From Flavobacteriaceae bacterium (lineage in GTDB: Bacteria; Bacteroidota; Bacteroidia; Flavobacteriales; Flavobacteriaceae), in assembly GCA_965224465.1 (NCBI GenBank), contig OZ245049.1:1-32000 (forward strand): a stretch of 32,000 bases of DNA. Reading direction: 5' to 3'. The position numbers and the translations under genes are program-made. Below are positions 10,881 to 18,716 of the stretch, piece after piece; position 1 is the first letter of the stretch, and the number at the start of each line of letters is the position of its first letter. Below the pieces are notes generated by a model. The model saw nothing but the letters and a program-made list of their open reading frames with translations. It was not told where the DNA came from and made no database searches.

Positions 10881-11888
10881 TTAAATTACTTTAAAGCCAT
10901 GAGCATAAGGGTCATCATCATCTATAATAATAGTATTGTAACCATAGGTTTTTGCCCAGCCCTGTATGCTTGGGATTATGGCGCTGTGTTTTCCTAAGTT
11001 TGTGACTGTTTCTATGCGTCCAATAAATTTAGATCCTATATAGCTTTCGTGAATGTATTCTTCTTGTTTTTTTAATAAGCCTTTTGCATGTAATTGTGCC
11101 ATTCGAGCAGAAGTTCCGGTGCCACAAGGAGATCTGTCTATTGCTTTGTCTCCGTAAAAGACAGCATTTCTTCCCGATGATTTTGTGTCTAAAGGACTTC
11201 CTGTCCATAAAAGATGTGTGATGTCTCTTATCGTATTGTTCTCTGGGTGAATAAATTGGTTCGGGTATTTTTTGTTGATGCTTTTTCTGAGCGCTCTAGA
11301 AAGTTGAATCAAATGCCCTGCCGTGTGATTTTCTATGCCTTTGAAGTTTTTTTGTGGGTCTATTATAGCATAAAAATTACCGCCATAAGCAACGTCAAAA
11401 ATAATAAGTCCTAGATCCTCACATACAATTTCTAGATTTTCTGCGGCTAAATAGGATTTTACATTGGTGAGTTGTACCCAATCCACTTTTTTTCCTGTTT
11501 GTTGGTATTTAATATGTATCAGTCCTGCAGGAGTTTCCATTTTTACGATGCCTGGTGTTTTAGGACTTATGAATCCTTCTTCGATTCCTATAGTAATGGT
11601 GCCGATGGTTCCGTGTCCGCACATAGGAAGACATCCAGATGTTTCTATAAACAATACTGCAATGTCATTCGTAGGATCGTGTGGAGGATACAAGATGCTT
11701 CCACTCATTATATCATGTCCTCGTGGTTCAAACATAAGTCCTTTTCGGATCCAATCGAATTCTTTTAAAAAGTGTTGCCTCTTTTCACTCATATTTGCTC
11801 CTTTAAGTAATGGGCCGCCACTGGTTACAAGCCTAACAGGGTTTCCGCAGGTATGTGCATCAATACAAAAAAATGTTTTTTTACTCAT
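10881..11888 (-). CDS. 4-hydroxyproline 2-epimerase (proline racemase family)
   Basis: N-terminus FFCIDAHTCGNPVRLV. Both catalytic cysteines are present (LPMCGHG and DRSPCGTGTSA), which fits a Cys/Cys epimerase or racemase rather than the dehydratase type. Confidence 0.88.
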   Translation of the reverse strand: MSKKTFFCIDAHTCGNPVRLVTSGGPLLKGANMSEKRQHFLKEFDWIRKGLMFEPRGHDIMSGSILYPPHDPTNDIAVLFIETSGCLPMCGHGTIGTITIGIEEGFISPKTPGIVKMETPAGLIHIKYQQTGKKVDWVQLTNVKSYLAAENLEIVCEDLGLIIFDVAYGGNFYAIIDPQKNFKGIENHTAGHLIQLSRALRKSINKKYPNQFIHPENNTIRDITHLLWTGSPLDTKSSGRNAVFYGDKAIDRSPCGTGTSARMAQLHAKGLLKKQEEYIHESYIGSKFIGRIETVTNLGKHSAIIPSIQGWAKTYGYNTIIIDDDDPYAHGFKVI

Positions 11889-11940
11889 AAAGGAGTGGTG
11901 TTTGTGCTGGTTATGTACAGTTTGTAAAGCCTATGTGATA

Positions 11941-12063
11941 GCAGTTAAATTTCCAAGTGAAGGTTTAGAAATGGAAGGATAGCCTTGCTGTCGTTCTATT
12001 TTTCAACAACGCCAGCACATAAAATAAACTATTTATATCGGCCATTTTGGATTTTAAGTTGGT
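11941..12063 (+). repeat. A/B mosaic intergenic repeat, locus 1: truncated B fused to truncated A
   Basis: gcagttaaatttccaagtgaaggtttagaaatgg aligns with unit B. aaggatagccttgctgtcgttctatttttcaacaacgccagcacataaaataaactatttatatcggccattttggattttaagttggt aligns with unit A of 21662-21767. The B 3' end and the A 5' end are missing at the junction. Confidence 0.85.
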
Positions 12064-13652
12064 ATAATACGAATGTCTTCTGCGCTGTATTTTCCGTTGA
12101 TTAAACGAAAAAGTCCAATGCTGTTTTTGTCTTGTAATTCGATTGGAAGTAAGCTGTTAGGCCAGTTTTGAAAACATACAGGACGTACAAAACGTTTAAT
12201 GGCTCCTGTGCCAACAGAGGTGAAACGCCCGTCGGTAGAGGCAGGGAAGGGACCTCCGTGTTGCATGGAAGGGCATACTTCCACGCCTGTAGGAACACCG
12301 TTAAATAAAATACGACCCACTTTTTCTGTTAAGCTGTCGATCACGTTTTTATATTTTGATATTTCAGTATTAGTTCCCATAATAGTGGCAGTTAGTTGTC
12401 CTTCTAGTGCATTCGCTACTTGTTGTAGTTCTGTGGTGTTTTTACATTCAACGACCAGTGAATAAGGACCAAATACTTCTTGATGTAATGTAGGATTTGA
12501 AATAAATTCCTTGGCAGAAATACGTGATATTTGTGCTCTTCCATAATTTTCTGTGATAGGTTTGTTGTATTGTCCTACCGTATTTATATGCATTTCTTGT
12601 TGCATTTGATGGCTCATTTTTTTGTAGTTGTTGGCAATTACTGGATGTAGCATACACTGGGGTTCTTGTTGTGAAATGGCACTGCCTAAACTATTTATAA
12701 ATACATCCAATTCGTTGGATTTTAGACCTATGAGTAGTCCTGGGTTTGTGCAGAATTGCCCAGCTCCTAATACAATGGAATTTGCGTATTCCTTTCCGAG
12801 TTCTTCTGCTTTTTCTTTTAATAAATCAGGAAGAAATACAACGGGGTTTAATGAGCCCATTTCAGCAAAAACAGGAATCGGATTTGGACGTTTGTTTGCA
12901 AGGTCAAATAAGGCTTTTCCTCCTTTAAAACTTCCTGTAAACGCTACCGATTTAACGGAGCTATGTTGTACCAAAGCACTCCCCGCGGCTATTTCTTTTC
13001 CGTTTAAATGTGAGAATACTCCATTTGGCATTCCCGTGCTTTTGGCAGCTTTTATAATAGCGGAAGCAACTAATTCTGAGGTTCCAGCATGCATAGGATG
13101 AGATTTTACAATAACGGGGCATCCAGCAGCTAAGGCAGATGCAGTGTCTCCACCTGCTGTTGAAAATGCCAAAGGAAAATTACTAGCACCAAAAACAACA
13201 ACGGGCCCTGTAGCTATCAGCATTTTTCGTAAGTCTACTTTGGGGATTGGACTTCTGTTTTTTTGGGCTGTATCTATGGATGCTTCTACCCATGAGCCTT
13301 CTTCTAAAAGTGTTGCAAATTGTAGTAACTGTCCGATGGTTCTCCCGCGTTCTCCTATTGCTCTGCCTTGTGGTAAACCCGATTCTGTGATGTATGTTTT
13401 GATCAATTCATCTCCTAAGGACTCTATTTCTGTTGCAATCGCTCTTAGGAATTGTGCTTTTGAAGTTCCTGAGACCTGCCTGTAATTTCGGTATGCTTGG
13501 CTTGCTAACGTAAGGGCATCATTAATTTCCGAGGGCGTTGCTTCGTGAAAAAGAGTTGTATTTTCTATGTTTAAAACGGGATTTACCGTTTTAAAAGTAC
13601 GATTTCCTGCAGCGGATAATGTAGTCCCAATATAATTTTTTCCTGTAATCAT
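12054..13652 (-). CDS. NADP-dependent aldehyde dehydrogenase, alpha-ketoglutaric semialdehyde dehydrogenase type
   Basis: 532 aa ALDH with the catalytic block GAGQFCTNPG. The specific assignment comes from context in the hydroxyproline cluster. Confidence 0.85.
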   Translation of the reverse strand: MITGKNYIGTTLSAAGNRTFKTVNPVLNIENTTLFHEATPSEINDALTLASQAYRNYRQVSGTSKAQFLRAIATEIESLGDELIKTYITESGLPQGRAIGERGRTIGQLLQFATLLEEGSWVEASIDTAQKNRSPIPKVDLRKMLIATGPVVVFGASNFPLAFSTAGGDTASALAAGCPVIVKSHPMHAGTSELVASAIIKAAKSTGMPNGVFSHLNGKEIAAGSALVQHSSVKSVAFTGSFKGGKALFDLANKRPNPIPVFAEMGSLNPVVFLPDLLKEKAEELGKEYANSIVLGAGQFCTNPGLLIGLKSNELDVFINSLGSAISQQEPQCMLHPVIANNYKKMSHQMQQEMHINTVGQYNKPITENYGRAQISRISAKEFISNPTLHQEVFGPYSLVVECKNTTELQQVANALEGQLTATIMGTNTEISKYKNVIDSLTEKVGRILFNGVPTGVEVCPSMQHGGPFPASTDGRFTSVGTGAIKRFVRPVCFQNWPNSLLPIELQDKNSIGLFRLINGKYSAEDIRIIPT

Positions 13653-13738
13653 GCTTTGTGTTTTAAGAAATGAGTCGCTCTTTTTTAGGAAGCCTTATTT
13701 CGTTGCTTTTTTAAATATTTGATGATATTTATGGTGGT

Positions 13739-14665
13739 TTATGCTATAGTCATGAGTGTTTTGTACTCTGGGAGATGCGGTCTATTTTGAATCCCTTCTT
13801 CTATTATTTTTAAGACTCGTGTTCTTTCCTCTCCTATGATACTTAGTCTAGGAGCTCTTACATGTTCTGTTCCTATGCCAGTAGCTACTTCAGCTAACTT
13901 TATATATTGGACTAGTTTAGAATGAATGTCTAATTCTAAAATAGGTAGGAACCATCTATAAATATTCAGTGCTTCCTTAGTGCGTCCTGCTTTGGCAAGG
14001 TTAAAAATTGCTACAGTTTCTTTTGGGAACGCACAAACCAACCCTGCTACCCAGCCATCAGCTCCCATAAAAATACTTTCTAAGGCCAAGGTGTCTACTC
14101 CGGATAATATTTTAAATCGATCTCCAAACCTGTTGCGCATTCTTGTAATGTTTGATAAATCCCTAGTGGATTCCTTAACTGCTTGAATGTTTTTACAAAC
14201 ACTTAGTTCTGCAAACATGTCTAAGCTTACCATAATCTCATAGTCTACAGGGTTGTTGTAGATCATAATTGGTAACGTTGTGCTTTCTGCTACGGTTTTA
14301 AAATAGACCACAGTTTCTCTATCGTCTGCCTTATAGCGCATTGGAGGTAACATCATAAGACCCGATGCTCCGTCTTCCTTCGCTGTTGCAGCTGCTTGTA
14401 CCGCAGCTTTGGTGGTTTGCTCAGCAATATTGATAATTATTGGTACAGATCCGTTTACAATGGCTACCGCTTTTCTGACCAAAATACGTTTCTCTTCTTC
14501 CAATAATGTACTGGCTTCACCTAAGGTTCCTCCAAGTATGATTCCTTGAACCCCTGCGTCTAATTGTGCGTGAATGTTTATTTCAAAATTAGCTAAATCT
14601 AAGGTGTCATCTGCTAAAAATTTTGTTGTGACTGCGGGCATTACCCCTTCCCATTTAAATTCCAT
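13739..14665 (-). CDS. dihydrodipicolinate synthase family protein (probable delta1-pyrroline-4-hydroxy-2-carboxylate deaminase)
   Basis: 308 aa DapA/NAL family protein and first gene of the cluster. A TAACTTTG -7 box sits 16 nt upstream of the ATG. Confidence 0.8.
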   Translation of the reverse strand: MEFKWEGVMPAVTTKFLADDTLDLANFEINIHAQLDAGVQGIILGGTLGEASTLLEEEKRILVRKAVAIVNGSVPIIINIAEQTTKAAVQAAATAKEDGASGLMMLPPMRYKADDRETVVYFKTVAESTTLPIMIYNNPVDYEIMVSLDMFAELSVCKNIQAVKESTRDLSNITRMRNRFGDRFKILSGVDTLALESIFMGADGWVAGLVCAFPKETVAIFNLAKAGRTKEALNIYRWFLPILELDIHSKLVQYIKLAEVATGIGTEHVRAPRLSIIGEERTRVLKIIEEGIQNRPHLPEYKTLMTIA

Positions 14666-14681
14666 ATGATATGTTTTTCAG

Positions 14682-14689
14682 CAAAGTTA
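14682..14689 (-). promoter_or_regulatory. Bacteroidetes-type -7 box TAACTTTG upstream of the hydroxyproline operon
   Basis: Exact TAnnTTTG match on the minus strand, 16 nt from the ATG at 14665. Confidence 0.45.
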
Positions 14690-15318
14690 GCGTACTAATT
14701 GAGATAGAATAGTTTGATTATTACCTTTTATTAATAGTAAATTACCTGATAAGTATCATATATATGTATTAATTGAATAGTCACGGTTGTATTTGTAATA
14801 AAAATGATACTTTATTACCTTTTATAAAGTGTGGTTGTTTTCGGGAAATTGACGTGTCTTTTAGTATGTCTACCTTTTTGTTGTTCGTCTAGATGAAAAA
14901 AAATATTTAATCCTTTATTGAGGCTTTTATTCCCCGAGGCTTTGTCTCGAGATAGAAGATAGTCTTTTGGAAGTATACCTGATACCCTTAAGGCGAGGTT
15001 GTAGGTTCTAAACAATGTAATTTTGTGATACAGGGGCTTGAAATCTTTTTTTTTTTTTCTAAATGATACAAAACCTTTTTGGAGTCAAGACGTAGATTGA
15101 TGCTAAAACTCAAAGTTTTTTTTAAGGTTAATTTGAAATTTTCTTACTGTTAATATTTCATGAATTGCTATCGGATCCTATCGAGATTAGAATGCATATT
15201 TAAATAGCATCTTGTAAAAGTCTTTAAATTAGTTCTTTAAAGCTTGTTTAGTAAGTAGGGGATTCATTTATATTTTTTTTTTTGAAAAAAAGAAAAAATA
15301 AATACTAATAATAAAGTT

Positions 15319-16389
15319 ATGAAATTGAATGTATTACGATCGTTTATGGTGCTGCTCTTTGCGGCTTTGTTGTTTTCTTGTGACAATAACAATCCAACGT
15401 TTTATGAAGTGTTAGCTAATTCTGGGGAGCTTCCTGTTGATGAAGGTGGTACAGAAGGAGCGCAGGTAAATGCTCAGTTTATATTAGAAAATTTAATTAT
15501 AGAGGGAAGTGTGATTTCTAAAGAAGTTGGAGTCAATACGGGCATGTCTAAAATTGCGAATTCATTTGATTTTATGGTTCCAAAATATGGTTTTTTAAAG
15601 AATGGTTTTCCTATCGATTTTAAAAAAGGAAGTGCTGTTCCTATGGCGGTCTATATTCAGATTAAATCTAAAAACGGGGAATTATCCAAAGGACATACTG
15701 CTTTTGTAATGGATATGGGTATAGATTCTAAAAAGTACAATTACGTGCACTTTTCAGACAAGATTAAAGCGGAATATTTTTGTGTGGTATTGTATTTTTT
15801 AACGGTGGATGGTTTGACAGATCCTATAGAGTTTTGTATTGAAGTTCCAGCTTGGGGAGGAGATCATAAAGTAACTGGTGATTGGGATATTTATTATAAT
15901 CATAAGATTTATGCTGGAGGACAAACATCTCTTTATAAAGATACGTATACACAGTATTCGGAAACAAAAATAACATTGGAATGTGAAGGAGGAGGGGTTA
16001 TAAATTCTTTTTATGGGAGAGAAAAGATTAGTGCTTCTAATTTTAGAATAGATAGTGATGGTGAAGCTTATTTTTTGTTTGTGCATTCAGCAGAAATACT
16101 AAACAAGAGTGAAACAGAAAAAAAATGTTCAGAAGTCTGGGAAGTTGATGAAGAGGAAGAAGATTATGTAGAAGAAAAAGGGAAATGGTTTTTTGATAAA
16201 AAGAAATCTGTTTTATACCTAGTAATCTTTGAAGATAAAGGAAAAGGGGATGATGCTTTTGAAATTTATAAATATGGAAAATTAATACGTTATAAAGTGT
16301 TTCAAGAGATTAAAGGTTTAAAATTGGTAAAAATAGAGGACGAGAAGGTTGATGGTTATGAATATAATTATGGAATTAGAGCCAATTAA
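15319..16389 (+). CDS. hypothetical lipoprotein, no family recognised
   Basis: Signal peptide plus lipobox (MKLNVLRSFMVLLFAALLFSC, then DNNN). 356 aa with four further Cys and an acidic run, EVDEEEEDYVEE. A bidirectional terminator follows the gene. Confidence 0.75.
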   Translation: MKLNVLRSFMVLLFAALLFSCDNNNPTFYEVLANSGELPVDEGGTEGAQVNAQFILENLIIEGSVISKEVGVNTGMSKIANSFDFMVPKYGFLKNGFPIDFKKGSAVPMAVYIQIKSKNGELSKGHTAFVMDMGIDSKKYNYVHFSDKIKAEYFCVVLYFLTVDGLTDPIEFCIEVPAWGGDHKVTGDWDIYYNHKIYAGGQTSLYKDTYTQYSETKITLECEGGGVINSFYGREKISASNFRIDSDGEAYFLFVHSAEILNKSETEKKCSEVWEVDEEEEDYVEEKGKWFFDKKKSVLYLVIFEDKGKGDDAFEIYKYGKLIRYKVFQEIKGLKLVKIEDEKVDGYEYNYGIRAN

Positions 16390-16430
16390 TAATAGGGAGG
16401 TAATCAGTTAGTTTACGTTTTTTAACTAGT

Positions 16431-16459
16431 TATATAGGTTATTTTGGATTGTAATTGGT
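16431..16459 (+). repeat. A/B mosaic repeat, locus 2: 3'-terminal fragment of unit A
   Basis: tatataggttattttggattgtaattggt matches the A-unit end tatatcgatcattttggattgtaattggt (21851-21879). A weaker resemblance may extend left to about 16405. Confidence 0.7.
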
Positions 16460-16493
16460 ATATAAAAACAGTCTGCTTTATTGTTTTTTTTAT

Positions 16494-16532
16494 AAAAAAA
16501 AGTCACCTAAAATTTGATTTAGGTGACTTTTT
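16494..16532. terminator. bidirectional rho-independent terminator between the convergent lipoprotein gene and fumC
   Basis: 11-bp stem agtcacctaaa / tttaggtgact with loop atttga, flanked by A7 and T5. Confidence 0.85.
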
Positions 16533-16552
16533 ATATAAAAATTAAAAGGTGA

Positions 16553-17950
16553 TTATTTCAATCCACCTGTCATTTCTTCTGGTTTTACCCATGCGTCATA
16601 TTCTTCTTCTGTTACATAGCCCAAACGAACAGCTTCTACTTTTAGAGTAGTTCCGTTTGCGTGTGCAGTGTTTGCAATTTCGGCAGCTTTGTAATAACCA
16701 ATTTTAGTATTTAAAGCAGTTACTAGCATTAAAGAGTTGTTTACTAATTCTGTAATACGTTCTTTATTTGCTTCAATTCCAACAGCACAATTTATGTTAA
16801 AACTTAGACAAGCATCACCAATTAAACGTGCTGATTGTAAGAAGTTCACCGCCATTACTGGTTTGAATACATTTAGTTCGTAATGTCCTTGCATACCACC
16901 AACGGTGATGGTAACATCGTTCCCCATTACTTGTGCGCAAACCATAGTGATTGCTTCTGCTTGTGTAGGGTTTACTTTTCCTGGCATGATAGAGCTTCCT
17001 GGTTCGTTTGCAGGAATAATGATTTCTCCAATTCCAGAACGTGGTCCAGAGGCCATCAATCGAATATCATTGGCTATTTTATTTAAAGAAACTGCCAATT
17101 GTTTTAAAGCACCATGACTCTCTACAATAGCGTCATGTGCAGCTAAGGCTTCAAATTTATTTTCAGCAGTTATAAAAGGTAATTTAGTGAATTCTGCTAT
17201 TTTTTGAGCGACTAATACATCATATCCTTTAGGTGTATTTAATCCTGTTCCTACAGCAGTTCCACCTAATGCTAATTCAGCCAAATGTGGTAAGGTGTTT
17301 TTTAATGCTTTTAAACCGTGGTTTAATTGAGATACATATCCAGAAAATTCTTGACCTAGTGTCAATGGTGTCGCATCCATAAGGTGGGTACGTCCAATTT
17401 TTACTACATCTTTAAATTCTTCTACTTTATTTTGTAGCGTATCTCTTAAAGCTTCAATTCCTGGGATGGTTGTATCAATTACCATTTTATAGGCTGCAAT
17501 GTGCATTCCTGTAGGGAAGGTGTCATTACTAGATTGAGATTTATTTACATCATCGTTTGGTTGGATGGTTTTGTCTCCTTCTCCTATTACCTTTCCTGCA
17601 AGCTCGTGAGCTCTGTTGGCAATCACTTCGTTACAGTTCATGTTACTTTGTGTACCAGAACCTGTTTGCCATATTACTAGAGGGAATTGATCATTGTGTT
17701 TATTGTCTAGAATTTCGTCACATACGGCAGAAATTAAGTCTCTTTTTCCTGCTTCTAAAACTCCCAATTCACAATTGGCATGTGCTGCTGCTTTTTTTAA
17801 GTATGCAAAACCATGAACAATTTCCAATGGCATAGATGCCGATGGGCCAATTTTAAAATTGTTTCTTGAACGTTCCGTTTGAGCACCCCAGTATTTATCT
17901 GCAGGAACTTCTACATTTCCCATGGTGTCTTTTTCAATTCTATATTTCAT
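16553..17950 (-). CDS. fumC: class II fumarate hydratase
   Basis: [29 protein letters not shown]-terminus and the [13 protein letters not shown] signature. Confidence 0.95.
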   Translation of the reverse strand: MKYRIEKDTMGNVEVPADKYWGAQTERSRNNFKIGPSASMPLEIVHGFAYLKKAAAHANCELGVLEAGKRDLISAVCDEILDNKHNDQFPLVIWQTGSGTQSNMNCNEVIANRAHELAGKVIGEGDKTIQPNDDVNKSQSSNDTFPTGMHIAAYKMVIDTTIPGIEALRDTLQNKVEEFKDVVKIGRTHLMDATPLTLGQEFSGYVSQLNHGLKALKNTLPHLAELALGGTAVGTGLNTPKGYDVLVAQKIAEFTKLPFITAENKFEALAAHDAIVESHGALKQLAVSLNKIANDIRLMASGPRSGIGEIIIPANEPGSSIMPGKVNPTQAEAITMVCAQVMGNDVTITVGGMQGHYELNVFKPVMAVNFLQSARLIGDACLSFNINCAVGIEANKERITELVNNSLMLVTALNTKIGYYKAAEIANTAHANGTTLKVEAVRLGYVTEEEYDAWVKPEEMTGGLK

Positions 17951-18259
17951 AATTCTATATTGTTTATTGATTGTATCGATAAAAAAAACACCAATCTATC
18001 CCTGTTTTTTTAGGGGGAGTATTCATTTTTATGAACAAAAAAACATTAATTTATATTTATTCCTTCACTTTTGGAATCCTTATAATCAAGTAACAAATTT
18101 ACAAATCCTCTTCTTAGAAACATTGTTTTTTAGTTGTTTTTTACGTCCATAAAAGATGTTTTTTATGGATTTTTCAAAAAATAAACACGGAATTCTAGAT
18201 TTTTCAAAAAAAACATGAAATAAGTCATTGTTTTTATCTGTTTAATTAAAAAAAACTAT

Positions 18260-18267
18260 TATTTTTG
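18260..18267 (+). promoter_or_regulatory. Bacteroidetes-type -7 box TATTTTTG upstream of the 55-aa ORF
   Basis: Exact TAnnTTTG match, 29 nt from the ATG at 18297. Confidence 0.35.
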
Positions 18268-18296
18268 ACATCAGATTAATAAAAATATAATTTAAA

Positions 18297-18464
18297 ATGA
18301 ATATTTCAGAATTTTCAGGTTTCTTAGTTTTCTTAGGTGTTTTCACCATGGGATTTTGGTTGTTGCTCTTTGTTGCTACGTTTGTTATTCCATATTGGAT
18401 TGCAGGATATCTTCTAGAAGCATGGAAATTTAGAAAAGGAGGAGCTCCTGAACCTAAAAAGTAA
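18297..18464 (+). CDS. small hydrophobic membrane protein, 55 aa (below the ORF-track cutoff)
   Basis: My translation is MNISEFSGFLVFLGVFTMGFWLLLFVATFVIPYWIAGYLLEAWKFRKGGAPEPKK. It has two hydrophobic stretches and a basic tail. A TATTTTTG box lies at 18260-18267 and a strong terminator begins 29 nt after the stop. Confidence 0.5.
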   Translation: MNISEFSGFLVFLGVFTMGFWLLLFVATFVIPYWIAGYLLEAWKFRKGGAPEPKK

Positions 18465-18492
18465 TATTCAGTTACCTATAAATCATAAAAAA

Positions 18493-18518
18493 GATTCGCA
18501 AAGCGAATCTTTTTTTTT
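18493..18518 (+). terminator. rho-independent terminator after the 55-aa membrane protein gene
   Basis: gattcgc-aaa-gcgaatc followed by T9. Confidence 0.8.
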
Positions 18519-18670
18519 GATTAAATACTTGATTTTTAGTCTTTTTTTTACTTGATTGTTATAGTTGTATCTTTTTTTTTAAATATAATTGTGACTATTC
18601 GAAAAAGTTAGTGTCTTAAAAGTATACTTATTAGAGTAATTGAAAAATTTGGGGAAAGGTTTCAATTTAA

Positions 18671-18698
18671 AGGTCGCTTCACAGCGACCTTTTTTTTT
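18671..18698 (+). terminator. rho-independent terminator oriented for + strand transcription, with no annotated + strand gene upstream
   Basis: aggtcgc-ttcaca-gcgacct followed by T9 on the + strand. On the minus strand (downstream of the outer membrane protein gene ending at 18717) the hairpin is followed only by TTTAAATT. Confidence 0.6.
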
Positions 18699-18716
18699 GT
18701 TTAAAATTGCTATTTC

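Noticed and set aside
11464-11982. Long antisense ORFs inside well-supported genes: 11464-11982, 11472-11768, 12628-13101, 13144-13485, 20509-20973, 26246-26500, 29314-29604, 30240-30557, 906-1163 and others.
   Set aside because: Each lies opposite a gene with clear family identity, has low-complexity or hydrophobic composition, and lacks its own signals. These are typical shadow ORFs.
14815-15015. 66-aa minus-strand ORF (TTG start) in the gap upstream of the hydroxyproline operon. Considered as a regulator or integrase remnant.
   Set aside because: I could not recognise any family motif. It has a TTG start, it extends upstream through the T13 tract as poly-Lys, and it sits in very AT-rich DNA where such ORFs arise by chance.
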